A DNA stretch of 64,000 nucleotides from the IMG/VR virus record IMGVR_UViG_3300017991_000051, positions 64,001 to 128,000 of that record. One strand, 5' to 3'. The translations under genes were made by a program, and so were the position numbers. Below are positions 8,729 to 17,026 of this stretch, in pieces; position 1 is the first letter of the stretch; each line of letters opens with the position of its first letter. The notes beneath the pieces are model-generated. The model did no database searches, was not told the DNA's origin, and was given only the letters and a program-made list of their open reading frames with translations. This stretch comes from a virus.

Positions 8729-9977
8729 GGATTACCTCGCTGATACCAGTCTACAGAAACTGCATATTCTTCGCAAGCAATTTCTGGATGGTGACTTACC
8801 AGCTTTCATTAAGAATGCGAATATAGCAGAGGAGAAGCCGGATGTCAACGCTCCTCTCGGCATTTTTGGTGATCCCGTCAAGCGGGAGTTTCCGTGTCAT
8901 ACGAAGGTCGCGACATGGCTTTCCTGTCTCTACTTCTGGGGCAGCAAACACAATGACGAACAGTGGGAGAGTTCCTACCCGCAGGAGAAGGCCGCCAATC
9001 GTCTCGAGAAGGCAGCCAAGTTCTGGGGCGTACTTCCCGCCGTCAAGCAGTTCATCGACGTGATGGAGAAGAAGAGTGAGGCACCGAACCGGCGTCTCAC
9101 GGATGACGACTACGCACTGGTAGTCAACTACGGGTCCGAACGGGTCCGACGCTTCCCCATCGTCAACGCCGCAACGGTGAAGAAGGCAGCCGCCAACCTC
9201 CGGCGCTACCGGGTCAGCTACCCATATGCATGGCGGAAGAAGGCCGCACGGAACATCCTCGAGAAGGCAATGGCGTTCGACGCAAGTGTCGGTGCCGATG
9301 ACCTCGACTATCTCCTGAAAGCCTCCGGCGCCTACATGGCGGAGCCACAGGATATCGCACTCCGCTTACGTATACGGGCCCACGTATTCCCCGATGAGAT
9401 CCGTGACAGGATGCGCAAGGCAGCGGATGCGGTAGAGGATGGGCAGTCACCGAAGATCGATGTACTGTGCAACCTCCTCGACGCCGCCGACCGGCAGTGC
9501 AAGAAGTACGCGCTGTACAACGACGGTATGCCGATGCCGGAAGAAGTATGCTACGCCGGCATGGCCGAGAAGGCCGCAGCCGCCGAGGTTCCCGTTGTCC
9601 AACTGACCACGGGCACGACCTTCACCCTCGACGCGATCAAGGACGCAGGCCTCGAGCCCTTTACGGCTCTGAAATCCGACTACGTGACTGAGCTGGCAGC
9701 CAACGATAAGGGCGATCTCGATATGGATAAGGTCGCCGCCATTCTTCCCACAATTCCGCGGGACGATGCGACGCTGTTGGAAAAAGCTTTCAAGGCCGTG
9801 GGCGTGACGCCGGCGGAGAAGGAAGCTGCACGTGATACCCAAAGGGATTTCTCCATGCGGGGTATCATCGAAGTGTTCGGCCAGCCCGACAACGACTTCA
9901 GCGGTGTCTTCAAGCTTCGCCATGGTGAGGACGTGCACGAGGATCTCCGTAAGAAACAAGAAGCCATGAACAGCTAA
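8727..9977 (+). CDS. hypothetical protein (416 aa), possibly head-associated
   Basis: AGGAGG SD 7 nt before ATG 8727; many K-x-A motifs as in the head genes. Confidence 0.7.
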   Translation: MDYLADTSLQKLHILRKQFLDGDLPAFIKNANIAEEKPDVNAPLGIFGDPVKREFPCHTKVATWLSCLYFWGSKHNDEQWESSYPQEKAANRLEKAAKFWGVLPAVKQFIDVMEKKSEAPNRRLTDDDYALVVNYGSERVRRFPIVNAATVKKAAANLRRYRVSYPYAWRKKAARNILEKAMAFDASVGADDLDYLLKASGAYMAEPQDIALRLRIRAHVFPDEIRDRMRKAADAVEDGQSPKIDVLCNLLDAADRQCKKYALYNDGMPMPEEVCYAGMAEKAAAAEVPVVQLTTGTTFTLDAIKDAGLEPFTALKSDYVTELAANDKGDLDMDKVAAILPTIPRDDATLLEKAFKAVGVTPAEKEAARDTQRDFSMRGIIEVFGQPDNDFSGVFKLRHGEDVHEDLRKKQEAMNS

Positions 9978-10008
9978 TCCGCGTGCCGGGGAGGAGGCAA
10001 GTTCCACC

Positions 10009-10734
10009 ATGCCATTCGCTAGTGACCTCAAGCGAAAGGAAGTCGCAGGCTGGTGGTCCAATCCCAACACATTCGGAACCGCGCTACTTGCGCTCGCCAT
10101 CGACGAGTTTGGTACCGAATGCTTCGGATGGGAACCTGAGACCATCAGGATGGAGGTACAGGATACCTACCATATCACCCTCCCGCAGGCTAATATGGAC
10201 AAGCTCATGGCGATGATCACCGCCCTGAGTACCAACCTCTTCTACGTCTCCGTCGAGTCCTTCACGCATATTGCCAACGCGCTAAATGATTCGGAAGCCG
10301 ACTTCTATACGTGGGATCCCGTCGACGCCGACGAGGCGGCATGGGCCATCACGGAGGTGGCGCTGTCCGACGCACCGCGGCCGCGGGAGTCCTTCGAAGA
10401 TCGCTTCTCCCACGATGTACGCCGTTACGTAGGCGTCATAGTCACCGATGAGGGTATCGTATCGCCGCCCGACGTACTCGGTATCGCGGAGATGGATCCC
10501 TCGGTGCAGAAGGCAGCGGACGTCACGTTCGCCGACGATCCGTCGATGTTCGCCGGCTTCTACCGGCTCAGCCAGGAGAAGGCGAACGACGTCACCCAGT
10601 ATGTGAGAAAGAGAACCGCTGCGCTGCTTAACCAGCTACAACGGCTCCCCCTCCAAAATCGCGATGAGAAGACGTGGAGTAAGTTCCTCGATCGGGCCCA
10701 GCACAGTAAAGCACTCTCCGGCATTGCCGGCTAA
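10009..10734 (+). CDS. hypothetical protein (241 aa)
   Basis: GGAGGAGG SD; acidic globular composition. Confidence 0.75.
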   Translation: MPFASDLKRKEVAGWWSNPNTFGTALLALAIDEFGTECFGWEPETIRMEVQDTYHITLPQANMDKLMAMITALSTNLFYVSVESFTHIANALNDSEADFYTWDPVDADEAAWAITEVALSDAPRPRESFEDRFSHDVRRYVGVIVTDEGIVSPPDVLGIAEMDPSVQKAADVTFADDPSMFAGFYRLSQEKANDVTQYVRKRTAALLNQLQRLPLQNRDEKTWSKFLDRAQHSKALSGIAG

Positions 10735-10767
10735 TCGCGCCTCTGCCTCTCATACTCCGGCTGTTGC

Positions 10768-11043
10768 TCATCGTTTCTTCCGTTTCTTATGCTTGGCCTT
10801 GTAACGACTTTCCCGGCTTTTCAACCGTTCGATCTCGTTACACGCTTCCGTCGTCGTCATGTACTTATGGTCGGGCACCCACGTCTTCTCGGACGCGATC
10901 CATACTCGGAACTCCATCCGGATCCGGCCGCTGCCGGGCGCATCCTCCATCCTCGAGTTGGCGAACCGCTTGCTCCACGCACCCGCAGGCATCGCGATCG
11001 CCAGCTCGTTGTACTCCTTCACCACGTCCGCTGAACGTCTCAT
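10768..11043 (-). CDS. hypothetical protein with basic C-terminus
   Basis: ATGA overlap with the upstream gene. Confidence 0.55.
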   Translation of the reverse strand: MRRSADVVKEYNELAIAMPAGAWSKRFANSRMEDAPGSGRIRMEFRVWIASEKTWVPDHKYMTTTEACNEIERLKSRESRYKAKHKKRKKR

Positions 11044-11255
11044 ACTATCCCCTTTATCAGCCGCTTACGTCCCCGGCTCGTAGCCTTGGGAAGCAGCCCC
11101 TTCTTCCGTGCCTTCGCAATCTGGTATGCGAGCGAGGCCGACGATATGCCGAGATCGCGCGCTAAGTCACGCTGGATGGCAATACCCTGCTCGGTGGAAT
11201 CAACCACACGCCGCAGCGTTGCCAACGACAGCGTCTTCGTCTGTTTCGACGTCAT
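11040..11255 (-). CDS. small winged-HTH DNA-binding protein
   Basis: QRDLARDLGISSASLAYQIAKARKKGLL HTH pattern. Confidence 0.7.
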   Translation of the reverse strand: MTSKQTKTLSLATLRRVVDSTEQGIAIQRDLARDLGISSASLAYQIAKARKKGLLPKATSRGRKRLIKGIV

Positions 11256-11448
11256 CCGGATCCTCCTTCACAAAGTCGATGACCGCATGCTCCACGATGT
11301 CGTAACCACGGTCCACCAGTTTCTGTTCGAGTACGCGCAGGCGACCGAGATCGCTGATTCCAAAACAGTCTGCGTTTACCACCGCGTTGAATAGCTGACG
11401 ATACTCCTTCTGCAGCTCCTCATCCGTCCGATCCTTTATCCCCGACAT
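11200..11448 (-). CDS. hypothetical protein (82 aa)
   Basis: AGGAGG SD before ATG 11448 (MSGIKDRTDEEL). Confidence 0.6.
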   Translation of the reverse strand: MSGIKDRTDEELQKEYRQLFNAVVNADCFGISDLGRLRVLEQKLVDRGYDIVEHAVIDFVKEDPDDVETDEDAVVGNAAACG

Positions 11449-12013
11449 GCTTTCCCTCCTTCCGCGGCCTGCTGATGAGCCGGCCATTTTGAAAATCATC
11501 TGCCGCCTTCTCGAATCCCGACAGTCGCGCGAGCGTCCTGAAATACAGTGCGCCAATCGACAACGATATGGTAAACACTGGCGGCGCTTCTGGAAGGGGC
11601 ACGTACCCTTCAGATGAAATATCCCACAGCTCCGGTACGTTTGCGGACGGCACCGTATCCACCGGCGCCAGGTCGGGCTTCTGCACGCCAACATATCGAT
11701 TGTCGACGATGGACATGAACAGCCACGGTATCTTCGCCGCAAGTCCGTCCACATGCGCTATCAGTGCCGATTCCAGCTCCTGTGCGTAGGCACGTATAGC
11801 TGCCACAAATGGTTCGATGCACGCCGTATAATGCTCCAACGGCATGCCCGTCGCACGAAGGAAGTCGCAGACCACGAGTACGAGTGCGCCGTGTGTGTTG
11901 ATCGTACCACACTGCAGCTCTTCCTTATATCCGACCAACCGCTGAATGAGACGGAGCGTCCGCTCATCCATGTCGATCACTTTCAGCAAATCCTTCAGTT
12001 CTATACGAGCCAT
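11420..12013 (-). CDS. hypothetical protein, possible N-terminal HTH
   Basis: GAGG SD; ELKDLLKVIDMDERTLRLI resembles a MerR-like HTH. Confidence 0.55.
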   Translation of the reverse strand: MARIELKDLLKVIDMDERTLRLIQRLVGYKEELQCGTINTHGALVLVVCDFLRATGMPLEHYTACIEPFVAAIRAYAQELESALIAHVDGLAAKIPWLFMSIVDNRYVGVQKPDLAPVDTVPSANVPELWDISSEGYVPLPEAPPVFTISLSIGALYFRTLARLSGFEKAADDFQNGRLISRPRKEGKHVGDKGSDG

Positions 12014-12030
12014 ATCACCCTCTACACAGG

Positions 12031-12062
12031 GGAAGCCGACAGCCCAAAGACTGCCGGCTTCC
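12031..12062 (-). other. 14-bp RNA hairpin (5' leader or terminator)
   Basis: GGAAGCCGGCAGTC/GGCTGTCGGCTTCC with G-U pairs on the minus strand; no U tract. Confidence 0.55.
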
Positions 12063-12089
12063 AGATTTTGTATTGATGCTACAAACTCT
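12063..12089 (-). promoter_or_regulatory. quasi-palindromic motif copy 1 (candidate phage-sigma promoter/operator)
   Basis: AGATTTTGTA-N7-TACAAACTCT on +; related copies at 25345, 45785, 58946. Confidence 0.55.
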
Positions 12090-12349
12090 TAGATACCTGG
12101 AACGAGTCTGTAGATGATCGCGTACTTGGGCTTGTCGCCCTCCTTCGCGTCCTTCGGCAGGTCCAACGGGAACGGCGCGCGCCACACCTCGATTCCGGCG
12201 TTACCGAAACCGTGGTTGAAACGATCGTTCCATGCCAGCTTCTTCGCATCCAGCGAGTTCAACTCCCCAGGTTCTTCGCCCTCTACGGCGATGAACAGAT
12301 AGCCATCCGTTATCGACGGCTTCAGCGGTCCCTTCTTAATGATCTTCAT
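12089..12349 (-). CDS. hypothetical protein (86 aa)
   Basis: AAGGAG SD; coupled to the upstream gene. Confidence 0.7.
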   Translation of the reverse strand: MKIIKKGPLKPSITDGYLFIAVEGEEPGELNSLDAKKLAWNDRFNHGFGNAGIEVWRAPFPLDLPKDAKEGDKPKYAIIYRLVPGI

Positions 12350-12351
12350 CC

Positions 12352-12951
12352 TCAGTTCTCCTTTATCCAGCTTGTATCTTCCAGAAAGCTGCGGTTCGTC
12401 TCCCGCAGCTCAGCAACGGCTGTTCGCAACGTACCAGCGTCACGAAGCATGGGATCCTGCTTACACAGCATCTTGTTCTTCAGTACCGGCCACGGTACGG
12501 GCTGATAGTCCCATACGTCTATGCCGACATCGCAACTACAGGTATCCGGATATTCCGGGAGCCTGCCGTGGCAATGCCCGTAGAAATGCCACGAGCCGTG
12601 GCACTTCGCATTCCACGACCGTAACGGGTAATGGCAGAAGATGACCATCTGACTATCGATCGACGTCTGCCATATGTCGTGTACGGCCGTAAACTGGTCG
12701 AATACCGCACGGCTCATCTTGTCATGATTGCCGCGGACCAGTATCTTCTTCCCCCGGAGCGCCTGCAGGAAGTGGGCATGCCGCTTCCACGCAAAGTCTC
12801 CGACGATGACCACCGTATCCTTCGGGTCCACCCAGTCGTTCCAGTTGCTGATAAGCAATTCGTTCATACTCTCAAGGTCGATGAACGGACGATCGGCATG
12901 CCGAATGATGTTCTTGTGGTCGAGATGTAGATCCGCGGTCACCCAATACAT
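12352..12951 (-). CDS. calcineurin-like metallophosphoesterase (AQ1575-like, common in phages)
   Basis: DLHLDH, GDF, GNHD, HYP, GHCH motifs. Confidence 0.9.
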   Translation of the reverse strand: MYWVTADLHLDHKNIIRHADRPFIDLESMNELLISNWNDWVDPKDTVVIVGDFAWKRHAHFLQALRGKKILVRGNHDKMSRAVFDQFTAVHDIWQTSIDSQMVIFCHYPLRSWNAKCHGSWHFYGHCHGRLPEYPDTCSCDVGIDVWDYQPVPWPVLKNKMLCKQDPMLRDAGTLRTAVAELRETNRSFLEDTSWIKEN

Positions 12952-13635
12952 TTATGCAGCCCCCTCCGACGCGTACAGGCGCTCGCAGAAGTCGCTGTCG
13001 CGCTCTTGAAGATAGTCCCATCCGGGCTCTTCCCCGTCAACAGCAATCTCGTCCACGAGGTAGTGCGCGTACGTCCACGGGTTCTCCTGCCGCTCCGACG
13101 ACACAGGGTTACTAACCTTCTTGTTCTCCCGTTTCAGGATCACACGTGCCTCTTCACTGGCCGTACAGTGTGCCCAGATCTCGATCACGTTCTTCTCCGG
13201 ATCGAGAATGTAGATCCACTCCATGAAGAGAGGGTCCGTAAAGGGATCGAAATGGTCAGCAGCGGAATCGCCATGTTGGTGCCACTTCGCCTCCGGATCC
13301 GGATGGCCCGTCTTCTTGATGTTCTCCTCGACCTCCTTCTCCTCAGCCGTTTTGGCAGCCGGCTTATTGGTGTCCGGCAGGTCGAATCCGCAAATAAGTC
13401 CGCTGATGCTGTGCGGCTGTCCCTCCTTCTTCCCGCAGTACGCGCAGATACCGCCGGACTCAAACTCCCGCCAGTCCCCGACCGACTTCAGGCCGTCAAG
13501 GACCTTGGCTATACCATCCTTCTGTACCGCGTCCCACACGGACTTTCCGAGTACTGTCGGATACGAATCCCAATGATTGTATACTCCAACGACGTTATCG
13601 CCGTCACGCCACGCAACGGATCCTCGCGTTCCCAT
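12952..13635 (-). CDS. hypothetical phage protein
   Basis: GGAGG SD; MGTRG...YNHWDSYP N-terminus and EWIYILD motif of a common phage family. Confidence 0.75.
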   Translation of the reverse strand: MGTRGSVAWRDGDNVVGVYNHWDSYPTVLGKSVWDAVQKDGIAKVLDGLKSVGDWREFESGGICAYCGKKEGQPHSISGLICGFDLPDTNKPAAKTAEEKEVEENIKKTGHPDPEAKWHQHGDSAADHFDPFTDPLFMEWIYILDPEKNVIEIWAHCTASEEARVILKRENKKVSNPVSSERQENPWTYAHYLVDEIAVDGEEPGWDYLQERDSDFCERLYASEGAA

Positions 13636-13852
13636 GACCTTCCTCCTTCACTTCCACAACTCTGTAATCGTCCTCTGAATACTCCGACTCCATGTAACCG
13701 TCCGCGACGGCAGCTTTCACGTCGTCCAGCAGCACCCGCACCTCGTGCTCGGCGTCTGCCTCGGTATCGAATAGTACGGGTAGGCCGTCCCCACCCGTCC
13801 ATACGTTGACCCACCCGTCAATCAGTGTATGCGTCTGTACCTCCCACGCCAT
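13604..13852 (-). CDS. hypothetical acidic protein
   Basis: TAATG coupling to the upstream gene. Confidence 0.65.
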   Translation of the reverse strand: MAWEVQTHTLIDGWVNVWTGGDGLPVLFDTEADAEHEVRVLLDDVKAAVADGYMESEYSEDDYRVVEVKEEGHGNARIRCVA

Positions 13853-14352
13853 TATTTCTTCTCCACCGGCGGCTTAGTAGTCGCCTGCTTCTTTGGCTTC
13901 GGGGGTGGTTCCTCAACTGTCGGCAGCTCGGGATGGCCACGACGCTCAGGGGCTAGGTCGATGATTTCGAACGCCAGTATATCGGCTACGATCGCGTTCC
14001 ACGTCGACTCCTTATAGGGCCCATCCATCAGGTCCCTACCGCCCGTGAAGTCCTCACCAGGCAGCGGCATCCGGCCGGATACCGCAGCACCGAGGTAACC
14101 GTGATCCCCATTATCCAGCTCAATCTCGTCCGGCTTGAGCGGCGGTCTCGCCACAATAGCGTACACGTGCGTAGACGTATACAGGTGTACCCGCAGGTAC
14201 TCTCCCCGCTCGTCGCCGGGATATGTGCTGAACAGCAGCGCCGCCTTCATGCCGCCGAACCGTGTTATGGGTCGAAGCCACTCCTTAAGCAGGCTGTACC
14301 GCGTGTTCAGCTTCTCCTCGATCTCCGATGTCAATCGCGTCACATTTTGCAT
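13852..14352 (-). CDS. hypothetical protein
   Basis: AAGGAG SD; operon context. Confidence 0.65.
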   Translation of the reverse strand: MQNVTRLTSEIEEKLNTRYSLLKEWLRPITRFGGMKAALLFSTYPGDERGEYLRVHLYTSTHVYAIVARPPLKPDEIELDNGDHGYLGAAVSGRMPLPGEDFTGGRDLMDGPYKESTWNAIVADILAFEIIDLAPERRGHPELPTVEEPPPKPKKQATTKPPVEKK

Positions 14353-14962
14353 CCTTCGTCTCCTTGTTGTTGATTTGTTCGAACGCCGCCTTCAGCCCCT
14401 CGAGGTGACTGACGCAGCGGAAGTTGATGATCTTACCTACGTCTCCACATTCGTAATAGCAGTCACCGAAAAACTCGTAACCGTTATCATGGAGCCACAT
14501 ATGCCACTCGAACTGTGACGACAGCGCACTCTCGCCGAGTGCTAGGGCAAACTTATCCCAGCCGCTGGTACCCTCCGTTGCATCCTCCGCCTCGTCCCCG
14601 CACTCCCGCAGGTAGTCGCGCACGTAGTCGGCGGCCACGCGAGAATCCCACTCCGTGAACTCACGGCCGGTTTCCGACGCCTCGCACTTCCCCGCGAAGT
14701 AATCGAGGCTGCATTCCGTCGCTATCCACTCCAGTGTGATGGCCGTTCCGCCCCAGCGGTAGACAGCAGCACCCAAATCACCACTAACGAAAAGTGTATT
14801 GCGATACAGGATGTAATCGACCCTGTATATAGTCGTGCCCGGATGGGCCCACACTAACCGCTCCACGCCACCGATCTTCGCGCAGTGAATTGCCTCGTGG
14901 TTCCGGTACTCATTCCGGATCAGTTTCTTGAAGTGCTCATACTTCTCCTGCGTCACCGTCAT
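14285..14962 (-). CDS. hypothetical phage protein
   Basis: LFVSGDLGAAVY...LDYFAGK motif seen in phage hypotheticals; ATGA overlap. Confidence 0.7.
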   Translation of the reverse strand: MTVTQEKYEHFKKLIRNEYRNHEAIHCAKIGGVERLVWAHPGTTIYRVDYILYRNTLFVSGDLGAAVYRWGGTAITLEWIATECSLDYFAGKCEASETGREFTEWDSRVAADYVRDYLRECGDEAEDATEGTSGWDKFALALGESALSSQFEWHMWLHDNGYEFFGDCYYECGDVGKIINFRCVSHLEGLKAAFEQINNKETKDAKCDAIDIGDRGEAEHAVQPA

Positions 14963-15210
14963 CTACTCTTCCTCCATGGCTGTATCCAATAGTTCCAGAC
15001 TCCCTGACTCCACGAGTACAGGTACCATACGCTGAGCAGGAGCATGCCCCACTGCTTGTGCTTCCCGAACGTGTAGAACCAGACGGGCTGACTGAACAGG
15101 CCGAGGATGTAACCCCAGCGGCTCCAGCGCTCCTTCCGGCTCACGAACCAGATGGCCGCGCACCCGAAGGTGACGACACCGACTTGACAAATAATATCAT
15201 CGATAGCCAT
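14959..15210 (-). CDS. small 3-TM membrane protein (PnuC/SemiSWEET-like half module)
   Basis: Trp-rich TM pattern RWGYILGLFSQPVWFY...QWGMLLLSVWY...GVWNYW. Confidence 0.6.
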   Translation of the reverse strand: MAIDDIICQVGVVTFGCAAIWFVSRKERWSRWGYILGLFSQPVWFYTFGKHKQWGMLLLSVWYLYSWSQGVWNYWIQPWRKSR

Positions 15211-15214
15211 AATC

Positions 15215-15388
15215 TCAGTCCAGATTGAACCGGCTCAGTTCGTTACGGAGGGTTCGCGCCTCCTTGCGTGTTATGTGAAATGAATACCGGCTCCCTATGC
15301 GCAGGATCAGGCGTCGGTCGCGTACGTCCAACAGCCTATCGCTCGCAGGATCCGAATATACGTGTATACCGCGCATACGCGTACGCAT
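15215..15388 (-). CDS. hypothetical protein (57 aa), absent from the ORF track
   Basis: AAGGAGG SD; MRTRMRGIHVYSDPASDRLLDVRDRRLILRIGSRYSFHITRKEARTLRNELSRFNLD*; fills the gap before the 15210 gene. Confidence 0.65.
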   Translation of the reverse strand: MRTRMRGIHVYSDPASDRLLDVRDRRLILRIGSRYSFHITRKEARTLRNELSRFNLD

Positions 15389-15399
15389 GTAGGGCCTCC

Positions 15400-15745
15400 T
15401 TTCTTCTCCAATAGCTAAACGAAAAGGGATCGTTGCCCGCCCTGGTAAGGGGCGGGCGATACCTACGATTTCGCGTATTATCGCCTAATGTGAAAAAGAC
15501 TCCCGACGAAAAATGTGTAGAGGGTAGTTCATCAAGGATTGAATGTACTCCACACAGGCATTCGGGAGAAAAATGTGTGCACGTGACTGCCGCCCACCCG
15601 GGACACCGGAGTAAACGGCAGCACGCACACGGGGGAAACGGCGGCTTTCGCCGTTCTTTTCCGGAACGCACGACAGAGCCGTGCGTCCCAGAAACAAGAA
15701 AAGAAGAATAAGAATGAGTGCAGCTGAACGCTAATCCGTCTGCAT
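15400..15745 (-). ncRNA. structured non-coding RNA or long 5' leader of unknown family
   Basis: Six to seven consecutive hairpins with G-U pairs specific to the minus strand, directly downstream of a promoter-like site. Confidence 0.6.
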
Positions 15746-15748
15746 CTT

Positions 15749-15777
15749 ATTATGCCGCAATTCACCCCTTTTTTTAA
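15749..15777 (-). promoter_or_regulatory. putative early promoter (TTAAAA-N17-CATAAT)
   Basis: Shares CGGCATAATA with the 16722 site. Confidence 0.55.
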
Positions 15778-15778
15778 C

Positions 15779-16102
15779 CTACTTCCGCTCCTCCGGTTGA
15801 CCGCAGAACAGGCACTGATCTTCCGTCTCGTACTGCGGATCAATCGCGCCCTTTGGTCTCTCTATTGTGGTCCCGTCGAGTAGCTCGACCATTCCATCCA
15901 TACTGAAGTAGTGGCACGTATGGTCCGGACTGTCCGGACACCACCACCCGAAATCCTTCTTGCAGATGTTGCAGTACACGGAATCGCCGTGCTGGAAGAT
16001 CTCATGTGGGCAGCTTTCGATCAGTCGTGACTGAATGATCTGCGCCAGCTCCAGCAACTCCGTCACGTCACTGAACAACTTCCTTCTTTCTTCCTTCTTC
16101 AT
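15779..16102 (-). CDS. Cys/His-rich zinc-finger protein
   Basis: CPH, CNIC, WWCPDSPDHTCHY, CLFCGQPEERK. Confidence 0.75.
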   Translation of the reverse strand: MKKEERRKLFSDVTELLELAQIIQSRLIESCPHEIFQHGDSVYCNICKKDFGWWCPDSPDHTCHYFSMDGMVELLDGTTIERPKGAIDPQYETEDQCLFCGQPEERK

Positions 16103-16388
16103 ACATCCTCCTCAGCATTTGGTCGCGTGCGTTGTTGAATAGGGAGGAGCTACAGCCCTCCCCGATCGCAAGTATCTTCATACGGCGCTTCCGTTCTTCG
16201 TCGGTCGTGCCCCGTAACAGCCCGCACCAGTAACGCCCGTCGTCGAACTGTAGCGCTGGACAGCGTTCGATCTGGTAGTCGAACATCGACTGCACCAGCG
16301 CGCACGGAGCCTTCTGGCAGCAGTAGCCGCAACCGATACACGGCTTCGGCGCCACATCCGTCTCCGGTTTTCGTTTGAACCAGCTCAT
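16068..16388 (-). CDS. YkgJ-like CxxCxxCC cysteine-cluster protein
   Basis: CIGCGYCC...C...CPAL...YWCGL. Confidence 0.7.
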   Translation of the reverse strand: MSWFKRKPETDVAPKPCIGCGYCCQKAPCALVQSMFDYQIERCPALQFDDGRYWCGLLRGTTDEERKRRMKILAIGEGCSSSLFNNARDQMLRRMYEEGRKKEVVQ

Positions 16389-16645
16389 GGCATGACCCCC
16401 GGTATTGCGTCGAGCCCGTGGCTACGATGCTCCAGTATAGCTTTTACGACGATTGCATTCATCTCCTCTGTGTCGATACCCAGCTCGCTGGCCGCAGCGT
16501 ATGCCGCGAGCATGATGCAATCCGTACTGGTGTTGCGGCACATATGCCGAGCAAAGGTTAGGACCCACTCCACTGGTATGTCGTCCACCGCGCGGTACTT
16601 CGACTTCTTCGTCACCGGCGCCTTCTTCGCTACTGCTGTTGTCAT
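16385..16645 (-). CDS. hypothetical protein
   Basis: GGAGGAGGT SD. Confidence 0.7.
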   Translation of the reverse strand: MTTAVAKKAPVTKKSKYRAVDDIPVEWVLTFARHMCRNTSTDCIMLAAYAAASELGIDTEEMNAIVVKAILEHRSHGLDAIPGVMP

Positions 16646-16670
16646 GTGAAACCTCCTCCGTAAAGCACAT

Positions 16671-16703
16671 ACAAAGAAACACGCAGCGCCGGAGCGCTGC
16701 GTG
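16671..16703 (-). terminator. intrinsic terminator / attenuator
   Basis: CACGCAGCGC-tccg-GCGCTGCGTG perfect 10-bp stem followed by TTTCTTTGT. Confidence 0.7.
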
Positions 16704-16721
16704 CTAACATCATTCCATTGT

Positions 16722-16749
16722 ATTATGCCGTAAATTGCCGCCGGTTTAA
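16722..16749 (-). promoter_or_regulatory. putative early promoter (TTAAAC-N16-CATAAT)
   Basis: Shares CGGCATAATA with the 15749 site; heads the accessory-gene block. Confidence 0.5.
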
Positions 16750-17015
16750 CTTGGCAGTTTCGCCGCCTCTTCCTTCGCCGTCTTCAGGAACAGCTCCATA
16801 CTCTCACTCGAGTACGGCTTACCCACGTCGGGGTCGTTGATGCGCGCTTGATTCGCCGCCTTGATCAACGCCTCCACGAGCCATTCGGAATCCTTGTCCA
16901 GTCCGATGATGCCCCGCGCGCGATTCAGCGCCTCTCTCCGATTGATCAGCTCCGAACCGTTCTCGTCCGAAGTGATCTCCACCATGTTACCTTTCGCCGC
17001 GATCTTACGTATCAT
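16746..17015 (-). CDS. hypothetical protein (89 aa)
   Basis: AAGGAGGAG SD before ATG 17015 (MIRKIAAKG). Confidence 0.7.
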   Translation of the reverse strand: MIRKIAAKGNMVEITSDENGSELINRREALNRARGIIGLDKDSEWLVEALIKAANQARINDPDVGKPYSSESMELFLKTAKEEAAKLPS

Positions 17016-17026
17016 TATCTCCTCCT

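Noticed and set aside
15400-15745. CRISPR mini-array, tRNA or tmRNA
   Set aside because: The hairpins differ in sequence with no repeat-spacer periodicity; no T-loop, acceptor stem or CCA signature
15336-15843. Short ORFs across the structured region (15336..15671, 15433..15711, 15485..15697, 15532..15843)
   Set aside because: No SD, atypical composition and mutual overlap; RNA structure explains the region better
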